A DNA stretch of 64,000 nt from Diplonema japonicum (taxonomy: Eukaryota > Protista > Euglenozoa: Diplonemea). The notes under the pieces are model-generated. The model saw only the letters and a program-made list of their open reading frames with translations, had not been told where the DNA came from and did not search any database. Positions 20,703 to 33,614 of the stretch are shown here, one piece after another. Positions within the stretch are counted from its first letter, which is position 1. Each line of letters begins with the position of its first letter. The position numbers and the translations under genes are program-made. The stretch covers positions 248,001 through 312,000 of the forward strand of contig OZ025692.1 in assembly GCA_964019335.1 (NCBI GenBank). The letters run 5' to 3'.

Positions 20703-21899
20703 CCTTCCCCCTCCATACTTTTTCCAGCTGTCGAACGCGTTCTGCGGGGACGAGAACTGCTTCACCCAGAACCCTTCCTCGGACTGCTTCTTCATGATTG
20801 TTCCGAGCCCCACGGTGTGGATCAACCTCCACATCGCAAGATGCACAACGTGCCACTCCCACCCCTGCACGGTAAAGGCAATAATGGAAGTGTAGATCAC
20901 AACCAAAAACGTAAACACATCAGCAGCATGGTAGGGAGACAGGTTGAATAGCAATATCATATCACGCTTCTGTGAAAAGAAACCCCATTGGTCACGGAAG
21001 GTGAGGGACTCCTTCTCGCGAAGCTCCTGTGTGGGGGTGCCCATCTGCCCGTAGATCTTTTCGATATGCGGGTTCTCAACCAAAACCAGAAACACCATCT
21101 GGCAAATGTGCGCGAAAACCGAGCAGTAGAAAACGACGTATGACTGCGAAACAAGTGACAACCCGTAGTAGAAACAGTACCCAACGGTGTACATAGGGTG
21201 CGGGAACATCTGGAAAATCCCATCGAAGTTCAGCTCGCCCTCCAAAAGGAAGAAAAAGTCCCCCCAGTACCAAGCGAAATTTCCAAGAACACGGTGAGCG
21301 TCCGATTTGGACCAAGCTGCAAATGCCATCAAAAGAAGGCCAATTACGTAGAACATGATATCACCAAGCCCGATAGATTCAGGGATTTCAAAGTAAACCA
21401 CGGCAAAGACGAGGTAAGAGACGAAATCGTTCGCCAGGATAATGTTGACGACAACCCTGAAGAAGATCCAAGCATTGAACTCGTTCGGGTACGCGTCGAG
21501 CTTGTAGGGAATTTCTTTCCCGCTGTTCTTCAGTACGACACCGTGTTCCAGTGCCTTTGCAAGCCAGCTGAACCTGTTCTCTTTTATAATCGCTCCGAAC
21601 GTTTCAGAAAATTTCATTTCCTTTGATTGCACCCACAACATGTACCCGATACCAGCGTTGTACATAAACCTCCAGAACATAAAATTCAGGATGTAGAACC
21701 ACTTTGGTAGGACTCCGGACATCATCACTGTCAGTGCTGTGATGCTGAAACACACGATGTAAACCTGTGTAGGAAGACACTTCAATGCCCTTACTGATGT
21801 TAGTTCGTCGGCAAAGCTGGTGGTTTCCGGCATCAGAAACCTCTCGCCTGTTTTGAGACTCTTCGCATTCTTCTCGCTTTCTAATGGTAGCTTCTCCAT
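20011..21899 (-). CDS. CHO2: Phosphatidylethanolamine N-methyltransferase (Cho2-like, two PEMT domains), 4 exons
   Basis: AWYWGDFFF…FDGIFQMFPHPMYTVGY…ENPHIEKIYG, and a second repeat GWFYGDFF…YSGIYRYLNNPE…EEPFMIKKYG. Introns at 20673-20718, 20469-20533 and 20271-20323 give one continuous frame. Confidence 0.92.
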
Positions 21900-22350
21900 T
21901 TTTTTCTTTACTCCCTCCTCCTTTTTTTTTCTTTTTTTTCGGGACAATAGGAGGGGGGGGGGGGGGGGGGAATTAACAAAAAAAAACTTCAAAAAAAAAG
22001 GGGGGGCGAAAGTCGAAAGACTCCTTTTTTTTCCCGGAGGGGAGGGTTTTTTTTTTTTTAAAATGTTTCTAACTGCAGTCTCTCTTTTCATTTTTTTCTT
22101 CATTTTTTTTTCTATATTTCTTGTTGTTATTCTTTTTCTACTTCTCCCCCCCCCCCCCCCCTTAAGGAAACATGGTGCATGTATTTATAAAAACTTCTAA
22201 AAAAAAGAATAAAAATCGCAAAAAATCGACAAAAAAAAGGGGGTAAAAAAAAAGTAAGAAACATTTATAACTAAGGGAGAGGAGGAAGGGTGATTATAAA
22301 ACAAACAAACAAAGAAGAAGAAAGAGAAAAAAAAACACACACACACACGA

Positions 22351-22405
22351 TCAGCCAGCAGCCTCAGCCTCCATGCGTTTAGTCAAGTACTGGTCGCATA
22401 GCTTC

Positions 22406-22455
<50 letters not shown>

Positions 22456-23464
22456 TTGTGGGTTATTCTTCTCCCACCCAGCCATAGCAGTTGCTCACCC
22501 GGTAGTACATTACCTGGTCTTCCAGCTGAGCCATGCCAGCATTCCAGACTTGCCGTTCGATCTCGTGCTCCAACAGATCCGAGTGGACTTTCTTCCGCAA
22601 CGTGACGAAAAAACTTTTCACCTCCTTGTTGATCTTGGCGGTCGAGGCAGCCCCAGTAATAGTGTCGATTTTGCTGTCCAGGATTTCCGAGTACTGCTGC
22701 TGGAGATGTACATGCTTGTCCTGCATCGATTTGAACATTGCCGATGAGTGCTGCCCGCCTTTAGCCCCCGACTGCGCCCCGCTTGACCCACCCCCCGACG
22801 AGTATTTCAACTGTCCTTCCAAAAGTCTTACCTTTGCTTCTAAAGACTGTATTTTAGCATCTCTCTGCTGCATTGTCACAGATGCCGGTTCTGCAGGGGT
22901 GGTTCCCGTCGTCCGTTGCTGGTCTCTCATCTCTTCGACCTCTTTTGTGAGTTTTTGGTTCTTCTTGTGGAGCTTTTTCATGACAGACTCCGCGATTTGA
23001 AGCTTTCTTTCGCTTTCTTTATCGTTTCGATTTGTGGTCTGTTGCCGTCCCGACACGCCGGTGATGCTTTTCCCCACAGGGATCCTCCCTGTGCTTGCGC
23101 TGCGTGCTGTTAAAATAGGCGGGGTGATCTGCGGGGATCGTGCTGTTAGCTTTGCAGAGGAAGTGAGAAGTTCTGTTTTTTGCGATTGGAGCTCCTCGAA
23201 GACCTTTAGACTGTCCTGGATGTTGCTGGGGAGGGTGAGCAGGAAGTCCCCCTTCGCTCCACCATCCTGCCCGCCGGACAGATCCAGCGACTGCGAGGTG
23301 GCCGAGAATTCTTGTTTTGAAAGAGCTTTTCTCGCTGTGCTGTTTGGCACCTCTGACGTTGCTGGTCTTGCGGCCCACAAACCGGTTTTAACCTCCCCAC
23401 CCCCACTCGATGTTTCGCGAGCTGCGCTAAACCGCTGCACCTGCGATGTAGGTGGAGGTGGCAT
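22351..23464 (-). CDS. Coiled-coil protein of unknown function, probably 2 exons
   Basis: ORF 22463-23464. Donor CAG|GTAATG at 22513 and acceptor at 22402 join to LCDQYLTKRMEAEAAG*. Confidence 0.7.
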
Positions 23465-23723
23465 TTTTTTTCCCCTCCCCCCCCCCCCCCTCTGCCTTTT
23501 TCTTGAAAATTGTTGTTACACTATTTATGCAGTGGTCAAATAGAAGAAAAAAAAGAGAAAAAAAAAAGGTTACACGATGTTATACCAGGTGGGGGGGATA
23601 AAAGATATAAAAAAACACACTGGGTAATATTAAAAAAAGCGGGAGGGGATGAGGAGAGAGGGGGGGATTTTAATTTTCTTTTAAAACCACACTGTCAGAA
23701 AAAAGGGGTGGTGATGACTGCAG

Positions 23724-23858
23724 TTACTGAAGCATTGAGTACCTGATGGGGGGGGGGGGGGGGGGGGAGGGGTGTGTTTTTTTTTTCCCCATACCTTGGT
23801 TGACCATCTGAAGTGATATGGCTCAACAGACTGTCGACTTCGTTTTGAGACAATTCCT

Positions 23859-23897
<39 letters not shown>

Positions 23898-25125
23898 CCC
23901 GTATAAAATTCTGCCCTTTCCCCCTCACATACCCCAGTACAGAGAGTATCGCCTCCAATCTAGACCGGTCAACGATTCCTGTAGCCGCCTCGTTCATGTT
24001 GATAGAGTTCAGGTCGAACACCGAAAATGGGAGATTTTCTTTTTTCGTCTGTTTCTTCGGTGCTGCGGTTTCCTCTTTTGCCTCACCCTGCTCGTCCTTA
24101 ACCTCGTCCTCCCTCTTCCGTTTTCTGCACCCTCCGGCATCCTCGTGCAACTTTTTGAGTGATTTTAAAAACTTCGCCCCGTGGGAAATCTGCAACGATT
24201 CGTAAAGCATATCGCAAGTCGCGCTGAGTTCGAACCCTGCGGGAGTGGCCTCATCGGCGGCGTTCAAAAGTGTAACAAAAGTTTTCTTCACACAACGAAC
24301 CGCCTTCAAGTTTCCATCATGCTCCCAAGTGTGCGGAAGGCACACTGTTGTAACAGATATTTCACCCTCCGACCTGTACGTGAAGGTGGCGAAGGTAGTC
24401 CATGTGGGTACCGCGGTCAAGTCCAGATCGATTTGCTCCATTGCGTGACGTTTTGCAGCCTCGACGGGGTTGGAGTCACCGTCGGCGATGGGACCACCCA
24501 CCAACCGGTTTCCCTCCTTCACAATGAGCTCGAAGCTTTTTGTGATCAAGGCCGAGGGTGCCTTGCTGAGGAGAAGCACGACGACATTCTTCTCCGCTCG
24601 CTCCGGTTCGGGAACAGCTTCTCTGGCCTCGCCCTCGCCCACCTCGATAGTCCCGCACTCTAAGGGGAAGACAGGTGACGTTTCTTGTGAATACAGACAG
24701 TCGATTTCTAGCAACGTATTTGGTAGATTTGTCCTGTGTCTGTGGGCTTGGACAACGTCAAGTAACGTCCGCTTTTGCTTGTGCTGTCCAGCAAATAGAG
24801 GAGTTGAGACTGCGTGGACCACAGGTGGCAGGATTAACATTGCCTCTGTGATGGGGGAGGGCACAGGGGTGCAGACGGCGTGCACCACCTGCGCCTTTAA
24901 AACTTCTGCGATATTTTGTTGAACCTGACCGTGGTGTTGGTGTTGATGCTGGTGATGTTGTTGTTGGTGTTGAAGTTGGTGTTGATGCTGGTGGTGATGT
25001 TGGTGGTGGTGGTGGCCTCCTCCCTTCTTCCCGCCCCATTCGGTGTTCCCGTACCTGCTCTTCCCTTTTCCTTTTCCTTTTCCTTTTCCCTTCCCTCCTT
25101 TCTGCCATCCTCCGGTGTTTTCCAT
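23724..25125 (-). CDS. CCAR1/DBC1-like protein (DBC1 Nudix-like domain plus EF-hand-like C-terminus), 3 exons
   Basis: VGGP…VEAAKRHAMEQIDLDLTAVPTWTTFATFTYR…TTVCLPHTW matches the DBC1 domain pattern. FELSATCDMLYESLQ and FSVFDLN…LEAILSVLG-ELSQNEV match CCAR C-terminal blocks. Introns at 23861-23932 and 23743-23794. Confidence 0.75.
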
Positions 25126-25995
25126 TTTTTTTTTGTTTTCCCTGTGAAAAAATGGAATTAAAAAAAAAAAATTGGTTCTTGTAGAAAAAATTCCGAAAGA
25201 TAAGAAAAAAAAAGGGGGGTGGGAAATTGGGGACAGGGGGGGAATAAAAAAACGGGGGGGGGTATGTATTTGCTATATGAAGAAGGAAAAAAAAAGTTTT
25301 TTTTTTAAATAATAGGAGGGAGAGAGGGGGTACTTTTACCTGGCTGGAGACGGGAAAAAAAGAATTTGCACAGCAGTGGGGTGGGGGAAGAACACAGTTC
25401 AGTTCTGCCCTTCTTTTTTTTTTTTTTTTTTCCATGGCTTGTTATTCTTCTTTTTTTTTTTTATTCAACCCTCCTATGGTTTCTCCCGAGAAAAAAAAAA
25501 TAAATAGGGGGTGGGGAACACTTTTAAAACAAAAATAACAGTAATCGCAGAGGTAGGAGGGATGTTTGGGGTTTGGAAAAGTAAACAGGGGAAAGGGGAA
25601 ATAAAAATGAAAGAGGAAAATGAGAGGAATATGATGCACGTGTGTTGGTGTGTGTTTGTATTTTTTCTTTTTAATCTTTCTTCTTTTTATTCAAAAATTA
25701 TTTTGCTGATGGTGTTATAAGGAGAGGAGGATGGGGTATTGCCTTAAAAAAAAAAATAAGGGGGAAGGAGGGGGAAAGGCTTTTTGGGGAGAAAAAAAAA
25801 TTGATGGGTCACACTCTCCCTCCCCCCTGTTCACAAAACCACCTGACAGGGAGAGGATATTCCAGAAAAAAAAAAGGGTTTCTTTTGTTTTTTTTTTCCC
25901 CCCTACACTCTTTCGACACTTCTTCTTTTTTTCTCTTCTTCACACCCAACCTCTGTTTAATACAACACATAAAATAAAAAGAAAAAACCGAAATT

Positions 25996-27234
25996 CTATG
26001 CGCTCTTCTTCTCCTTCTTGTCCTTCTTCTCTTTCTTCTCCTTCTTTTCCTTCTTCTCTTTCTTCTCCTTCTTCGCCTTCTTGGGCTCCTCCTCAGCGTC
26101 CGCAGACAGCGCACGCTTCTTGGTGGCCTCCGCCTCGGGAAGGAGCTTAACGGACTCCCCCTTCTTGGGGAAACCGGAGATGCCGAGGTCCTATAATTAG
26201 TAGTTTCTCAAAATAAAAAATTTTAAAAATACATACGTGCCAAGCAGTCTCGTTGTCCCTGTTGCCGGTGTAATCGGCGTAGTTCTTGGCCCAGTCCTTA
26301 GGGGTCTTGTCGTTGACACGGCCGTACTGGTCGAGGAGGCCCTGGGAGGTCATGAGCTTCTTGTGCTTGGCCATGGGGCCGAGACCCCATCTCCTGGGGT
26401 ATGTGTCCCTGTCCATGATCACACGCTTGATCTTGGCGACAATACCGTGGTCGCAGGTGCCCATGACGGATGTGGTCATCATGGCAATTCCGAGCGCCAC
26501 GACCTCACCCTTCGTGCTCATCATGGCCACCTCGTCACCGACGTTGATGCCGTCCTCGAAGCGGAGCAGACCGGGCATCATGAGCTTCGCACCGAAGCAG
26601 ATGGCGTTCACAGAGGTGTCCTTCAGAACAAGCCTCTTCTTACCGACCAGAACCATCTCGCAAGGGAGGATGACCCTTCGCAGGTACGACTCGTCCTTCT
26701 TGTTGTCCATCGTCCACTTGGCGTCCAGAACGTCGTGCATCGTCACTAGGCCGGTGTTCTCAGACAGATGGCCGGTCCTGCTCCTCCTCAGCTCCTGCAT
26801 GTGGCCACCGGTGCCCAGCATCAGACCCATGTGCACGCACAGAGTCCTGATGTATGTGCCGGCCTCGCATGACACCCTGAAGAGCGCAAGGTGCCTGGAC
26901 TTGTCGTACTCGATGAGGCTGGACTCGTAGATGGTCCTGATTCGGAGTTGTCTCTTCACTGCTGCGACAACGGGCGGTCGCTGGAACACAGCACCTTTTT
27001 TTTTGTTTGTTTGTTTTGTTTTTTTTAAGGGAGATTATGTACCGGTCAGCTTCTGCATCGCCTCTTCAAGCTTCTTTTGTTTCACGGCGTCGTGCAGACG
27101 GAGCACGCAGATGTACTCTTTACCGGCGTTCTGCTGGGACTTCACCAGCCTAGTGGCCCTGTTCAGGCAGATCACGAGCGAACCAGTCACCTTGGGGTCG
27201 AGGGTACCAGAGTGACCAGTTTTGTCAACCTGAG

Positions 27235-27282
<48 letters not shown>

Positions 27283-27559
27283 CCTGAAGGATTTTCTTGA
27301 TCCAAGACACGACTTCGTGGCTGCTGGGGTTGGACGGCTTGTCCAAGTTGCACATTCCGTAGGCGAGGTGCTCCTCCATGGACCTCCTAAGGGGGCATGA
27401 CCCTCCGTTGGGGAGGGGGGTGTAGTGGCTTGTCCTCACGTTCAGCTTATCGATATTCTTCATCAACATGGGCCACTGCTTGCAGTTCAGTTCGGACTTA
27501 TCGCAATTCTCCAGCGTGAAGTCATTGTCCAGGTAGATCTTGTTGAAATCCTTAGGCAT
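25996..27559 (-). CDS. CBF5: H/ACA pseudouridine synthase Cbf5/dyskerin, 4 exons
   Basis: [46 protein letters not shown] domain, [11 protein letters not shown] and a KKE-repeat tail. Introns at 27230-27283, 26995-27042 and 26191-26236. Confidence 0.97.
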
Positions 27560-27804
27560 TTTTCTTTTTTTTTTTGTTTTTTTTCTATCCCTCCTTTTTT
27601 TTTCTTTTCTTTTTTTTTTTCTGCGCAATTTTTATCTTTAAAAAAGGGGGGGGAAGGGGATATAAATATATATAAAAAAAAAAAAAGTGCTATTGTGTTA
27701 TGGAGTTTTTTTTTATTTTTATTTTTTTTATTTTTTTTTATTTGGTGTAAATGGTATTGTTGTTTTTTTCTTCTTTTTTTTTTTTTTTTTTCCTTTTTCC
27801 CCGT

Positions 27805-28371
27805 TTATTCGTCGTCCTTCTTTTCTTCAGGGGCGGGTGCTTCCTCCGCAGCGGGTTCGGGTTCGGGTTCGGGTTCAGGTGTTGGTTCCGGTTTCTCCTC
27901 CGGCTTTTCCTCTTCGGGCTTGGGTTCCTCTTTAGCTTCCTCCTTTTGCGGTTCTACCTCTGATTCTTTAGCAGCCTCTGCCTCTGGCTCTGCTTCTTTT
28001 TGTTCCTCTTCCTTTACGGGTGCGTGCATTTTGTCCCATTCCTGCTTGGTATATAGGCGCAGCAGCTTTGACTCACCCACCGTATCGATAACTGCCATTC
28101 CACCCAGGCAGGCCACAGCCTTGTTTTGCTCTGCCTCATCAAGATCCCCAATCATGACAGACACCTGATCTGGGTGCTGCAGGATTTTGAGGATAAATTC
28201 AGCTACTTTTGGGTTCTCGTCAATCCCTGCCATGCTCTCCAGCCCGAGATTATTCCAACCCCCTTTGTCACCTGCCTCTGTCGGGATGCTCTTCCCGTCT
28301 GCTACGAGATTTTTTGTAAAGCAAGACACCTGAGTCTCTGCACTCTCCCCACCGCATATCATGTTCCCCAT
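27805..28371 (-). CDS. Small putatively myristoylated/palmitoylated protein with Glu/Pro-rich tail
   Basis: N-terminus MGNMICGG (Gly2 plus nearby Cys) and C-terminal EPEP/EEK repeats. Confidence 0.75.
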   Translation of the reverse strand: MGNMICGGESAETQVSCFTKNLVADGKSIPTEAGDKGGWNNLGLESMAGIDENPKVAEFILKILQHPDQVSVMIGDLDEAEQNKAVACLGGMAVIDTVGESKLLRLYTKQEWDKMHAPVKEEEQKEAEPEAEAAKESEVEPQKEEAKEEPKPEEEKPEEKPEPTPEPEPEPEPAAEEAPAPEEKKDDE

Positions 28372-28415
28372 TTTTTTTTTTTTTTTTTTTTTTTTAATAC
28401 TTTTTTTTTTTTTTT

Positions 28416-28452
<37 letters not shown>

Positions 28453-29454
28453 GAATGGTAAAAATCGGAGGAAAGGGGGGGAAACGGGGTGGAAATAAAA
28501 AAAAAAAGGAGGGGGGGAAAAAAAAAAAAGAAACCCTTTTTTTTCTCGTTTTTACACTCTCCCCTATAAAAAAAAAAACAAAACAAAAAAAGAGAAAATT
28601 AAAGAGAAAAAAAAAAAGAAGTCTCTCTGCTCTCCCTGCCTTTGTGAGACATTTGTTTGAATTGTCTTTTTTTTTTTTTCCCACCTTCTTTTTTTTCCCT
28701 CTTCGGAATCGGAAGAAGGGGGTAATTCTTTTTTGATTTTTTTTTCGAAAAAAAAGAAAAAGGCAAGGGGACGGGGAATATGGATAGAAGGCTTTAAAAT
28801 AAATCTATTCATGTAAATATGAAAAGGGGGGGGGGAGAAAGAAAGAAAGAAAAATAAAGAGAAAAGAGTGCACAGGAAACTTGCTTCTTGTCCTCTTTCT
28901 CTTTCCCCTCTACCTTCTTTCTTTCTTCTATTTTAATTTTCTTTTTGAAAGGGAACAGAGGGTGTTGTGGCCTTTGTATTTGATGCACACACAAAGAGAA
29001 AAGAAAGAGAGAGAGAAAAAAAAAAAGAGAGCAAAAAAAAACAACGCAGGTTGCTGTGGGAAAGGGAAGAAAAGAATTTTATACCCTCCTCAGTTTACCG
29101 CTGTTTTTTTTTTTTTTTTTCCACTAATTTTATTTTTCTCGCCTTTTCTATTCCTTTTTTTTTCTTCACCTACACTTTTCCCTAAACAAAAAAAAAAAGA
29201 AACCGAGAGAGGGACACAAAGAAAAAGAAAAATCAAAAAAAACAAAACCAAGGCGATATTCTTTTTCTTTTTCTTCTTTCATTTTGATGAGCAATTGTAT
29301 ACCATATTGAAAAGAAGTGTTTACAAATTAAAGTGGGGATGGGACGTGTGGGAAAAAGAAAAAAAAAATACACAACAGATAACTCAGCGGGGCTTTTTTT
29401 TTTTTTTTTTCTTTCGTTCAGCTCACCCGTCTGAAAAAAAAAAGCAATCTGTCA

Positions 29455-29491
<37 letters not shown>

Positions 29492-29514
29492 CCAACACTT
29501 CTTTTCCCCTCCTC

Positions 29515-31412
29515 TCAGCAGTTCAGCTCGAACACCGCCCACAGCAAAGGGTCGTCATTGGACTTAACCTTCTCAATGGTTTCCTTTACATCGTACTCCT
29601 CAAGATCGAAAGGCGCCACCGCAGAGAGATTCGCCAGAGAGAGTGAAGGATCCTCCCCGAAGAACCCTGCAGAAGCCACTCGCTCCTCAGCAAGAGCCTT
29701 GGCGAAGTCTGTCATAGTCAACGCAAAGGAAGAAGAGGAGGCACCCTTATCACTCACCTTCTTGTCTTTGGTGATGCTGTCACTCACAATGAAAGGCGCC
29801 ACTTTGGTGATAACGTCATCAACGGTAAATGAATCGGCACCTTGGAATTCGAGAGACACCTGATGGGGCTTAAGCATGGATTCGAGTTGGCCTTTGCTGG
29901 ACAGAAGTTTTCCTCTTCTCACAGCAGAGATATTCGCGCCGACAAATGTGATGCAAATCCATTTTGTACGCCTGAAGTCACCAATCCCAAAACCAAGTCG
30001 GAGGAGGCCGAACAGAACCTTCTCCTCGGAATCTTCAAGCAAGCTGGCCATCTCTGCAATAGAATCGGAACCAGCATCGACGAGTTCCAGCTCGCCTGGG
30101 TTTGCTGCAAAAAGCGCCCAGTTCATCGCGCCAAGCGGTTTTCTCAATTCTTTCATAACGTCCGTCACCGTGAGGCCCATGCTTATGGCGGTGGGACGGA
30201 CGTTGGGTAGTTCCGCCATGGTCATACCAGCCTGTTTGATCGCTTCTTCTTGCTTCACTTTGGCTTCTTCCACTCTGTCATTGATCTCCTTCTTCAAGGC
30301 TTCAATACTGAACTCCCCATTGTCCGTCACGAAAACATGTTTGAGCTCACTCAGAACGTGTTCAATGGTCACCTCGCTCTTCGAGGTGAGAGTCAGGGAC
30401 GCGTGTGTGGAGCCAATGATATCGGATACCTGTGTTATTTGGTGGGGTGGTGGGGTAGTACCTCGCCGGTTCTTTGCACGTTCCTGGCGCGTCTCATCGC
30501 GGGGCACTTCTCCCCGATCCACGGGAGGAACAGGAGCTTGTTTCTCTGGAAGGTTCCGGAGCCCAGCGGCACGTTCACCAGCGCGAACATAACGGAGTCG
30601 TCCTCAAGGTAGTCGACCATCTCGTCCAGCATCCCTGTCCCCCGACCTGCAACGCTGAGCTGTTTAAAAAAAAAAATTTTTTTTTAATCATTTTTTTTTT
30701 TTTTTTTGAATCAAACAAAACATACAAGTTCATCGTTCGATTTCTTCGCCTTCTTCTTGAGAATGGGGGATGCTAAGGCGGGTTTTGCGGCCTCCGGTTT
30801 GGGTTCCGGTGCGGGTGTCTCTTCCTCGACAACAACGGGTTCTTCGGCAATGAGAACCTTCTTCGGCTCGGGTTCTGGTTCGGGTTCGGGTTCGGGTTCA
30901 GGTGCTTTTTCAGGCTCTGGTTCGGGTTCGGGTTCGGGCTCTGGTTTCTTTTCGGGTTCGGGTTCCGGGACAACCAGTTCCTCTTGAGGAGGTGTGGGGG
31001 GTGTGGATTCCTCAACAACCTTAACAGCGGCTTTTCCTGCAAGCTCCGGGTCCCATGTGCGGGGCTGTATGAGGGAGGAGTTTTCGAAACCTACAACTTT
31101 TTCCTGGGTTTTCCCTTCGGTGTCCTTCCACTCTACCACGTAGCCCTCGGCCTCCCGGACCTCCGTCAGGACACCCTTGACCCATTCACCGTTTGACCTG
31201 CAAAGCAGAACCAACGCCCCTGCTACCAGATGGCTTGGTGCCTTTTTGTCTCGAAGCTCCAAATGTTCCAAGACCTCCTCGTCTGATAGACCTAACTGCA
31301 GCGAGTTTTCGACACATTTTTGAACTTCTGCGGTAACCGGAAGACCCTTCTTCTTGTAGAAGGACTCGATCTTCTCCTGCAGAGCATGGTTGACTGAGAG
31401 TCTTCTGTCCAT
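29515..31412 (-). CDS. Actin-binding ADF-H (coactosin/drebrin-like) domain protein, 3 exons
   Basis: Two ADF-H cores: …MFALVNVPLGSGTFQRNKLLFLPWIGE… and NWALF…LFGLLRLGFGIGDFRRTKWICITFVG…. N-terminal Tudor/SH3-like segment and an EP linker. Introns at 30660-30725 and 30430-30461. Confidence 0.85.
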
Positions 31413-32091
31413 TTTTTTTTTTGTTCGCTCCTTTTTTTTTTTTTTTTTTTTTTTTTTCTTTAGAAAATCTGCAGGGGAGGGTGTTGTTGAAGGAAAACGA
31501 TGGAAGAAAGATAAAATAAAATAAAGAAAAGAAGAGGGGGGGGGGGGGGGGGGAAGTATGACAGAACAGGAAGAAAGGAGAAATAAGGAATAAGGGAAAA
31601 AAAAAAAGAAAAAAAATAATATGAGGGAAAATGTGTGTGTTTTTTTTTGGTAGGGGGGGATTACTACAGCAATTCTTCCCCACCCACCCCATAACCACCG
31701 CTAAAAATAAATAAGGAGGAAAAAGAGAAACCAGACTACATACAAAATGACTTAAGGAGAATAAAAAAGGATACACCCCCCCATGCCCCCTTGAAAAGAT
31801 TGCCAGAAAATACATGTTGCAGCTAAAAACATGGGAATGAAGGAAGACCGGTTTGGCGAGAACATATTTTTTTCTTCATCTTTGAAAAAAAGATTTATTT
31901 TTGCCTGTTTTCTTTTTTTTTTTTCTTCTTTCTTTAGTACACGAACAAACTCGAAGGAGGTAAGGAGAAGGGGGGTGAGAAAGAAACGGGGGGGGGGGGG
32001 GGGAAAGGAGGCAAAAAAATTGAGTGGAAAAAACAGGAAAAAAAAAAAGTGAAGAAAAAAAATTATCCCACATTCTCCCTTCTTCCTTTTT

Positions 32092-32137
<46 letters not shown>

Positions 32138-32339
32138 CTTCTCTGCTCTATGTCTAAACCAAAAAAAAAGCACGCTATCGAACTGGTTGGAGATATGTCA
32201 AAATGAAAAATACGGAACGGAAAATAACAAAATGCGCAATTCTTTTCCCCCACTTTTCTTTTAAAAAAAAAAATTACCTTCCCTCCTCTCCATCGTTTCT
32301 TTCTTTTTTTTTTTTTTTTTTTTTTTTTTCTGAACTTTT

Positions 32340-33591
32340 CAAGAACGAGTCTTTGAACTAAACAAAAGGGGAACGTTAGCAACGCGTTAACGGGTTATAA
32401 ACTTCTCCAGGTTTCTACACCGGCAACAGTTTGTTCCTCCTCCTCCCCCCCCCCCCCCCCCCCAGTTTTTTTTGCTCGCTCTTCCTTTAGTTTTTGAGCA
32501 ATAAGTTCGTAGCTAATTCTTGGTAGCAATTCTTTTTTCAAATTCCCTCCCCCCCCCCCCCCCCCCAGTGCGTGTATAAGAAATATTTTTTTATAAAAAA
32601 TAATAAATAAAAACGAGTTATGCCCTCCGATACGGATTTTTTTCCCCCCTTTTTTATTTTTCTCTTCCTCCTCACGCCCTCCCCAATTTATTTTTTTTTG
32701 ATGAGACTTTGATGAGCACAAACAATGCTTGAAAAAATAAAAAGGTAGAACAGAACAGAGTTTCTTTTTTTTTTTTTTTTTTTTTTTTTTTCCTCCTCGT
32801 TCTCTGTTTCCTTTTTATCATTTCGTGATAAAGTTCGGCATTTCGCTTTTTTTTTTTTTTTTTTTCCCCATCAAAGTGAGGAAACAAGAAAGGGAAAAAA
32901 GAAAGAAAAAAAGGAAAAGAAGACAGAACAGGAACCTAACCGGTATTTCAATTTTTTTTTTTCACAACAAATCCAAAACCACGCTTTATTTCTTTTATTT
33001 CTTTCTTTTTTTTTTTCCTTTCAAACCGAGAAGTGTCAGTGTATGCAGATGACCAACCCCAAAAAGTACACTTTTCTTTTTTTTTTTTTCTTTTTTTTTC
33101 TTTTTTTTTTCTTTATGTTCCCTCACGTCTATACTGTGAGTAGTAGTTATTACAACATTTTGGAAGGGGGGGGGGGTGACTCTTGTTTAACTTCAAACCG
33201 TTACAAGAGTAGATAGGGGTGTTCGCACTGAAGGGAGGGAGGAAAGAATGATTCTGCCGCAAGCTATTATTTAGCTCTCTCTTACACTCCAATGCCATAC
33301 AGCGGTTTTTTTACTGGGGGGGGTCGGCGAAAGGGGGGATTATTTTCCCCCATTTTTTTTTCTTCTTCCCCTCCACTTTCCCTTCCCCCCGTTTTTTTTT
33401 TTTTTTTTTTTTTTTTTACAGGACCTGCTTTCAGACACATCAAAAAAAAAACTTTAAAAAAACCTTGTTGACACAAAAAAAAAAGAGGAACTGGCCGTTG
33501 TTTGTACGTGCCGGGGTAAAGCCTGGAGAAGTTTTGTCGACCCGAAACACGTTGTCAACGTTTGTTTAGACAAGTCAAAGACTCGTTCTTG
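32340..33591. repeat. Diverged ~85-bp inverted repeat pair (32340-32425 and 33509-33591)
   Basis: CAAGAACGAGTCTTTGA…CTAAACAAA…AAACTTCTCCAGG…CCGGCA on + is found reverse-complemented about 1.1 kb downstream. Confidence 0.8.
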
Positions 33592-33614
33592 CAAGAAAAA
33601 AAAAAAAAAAAAAA

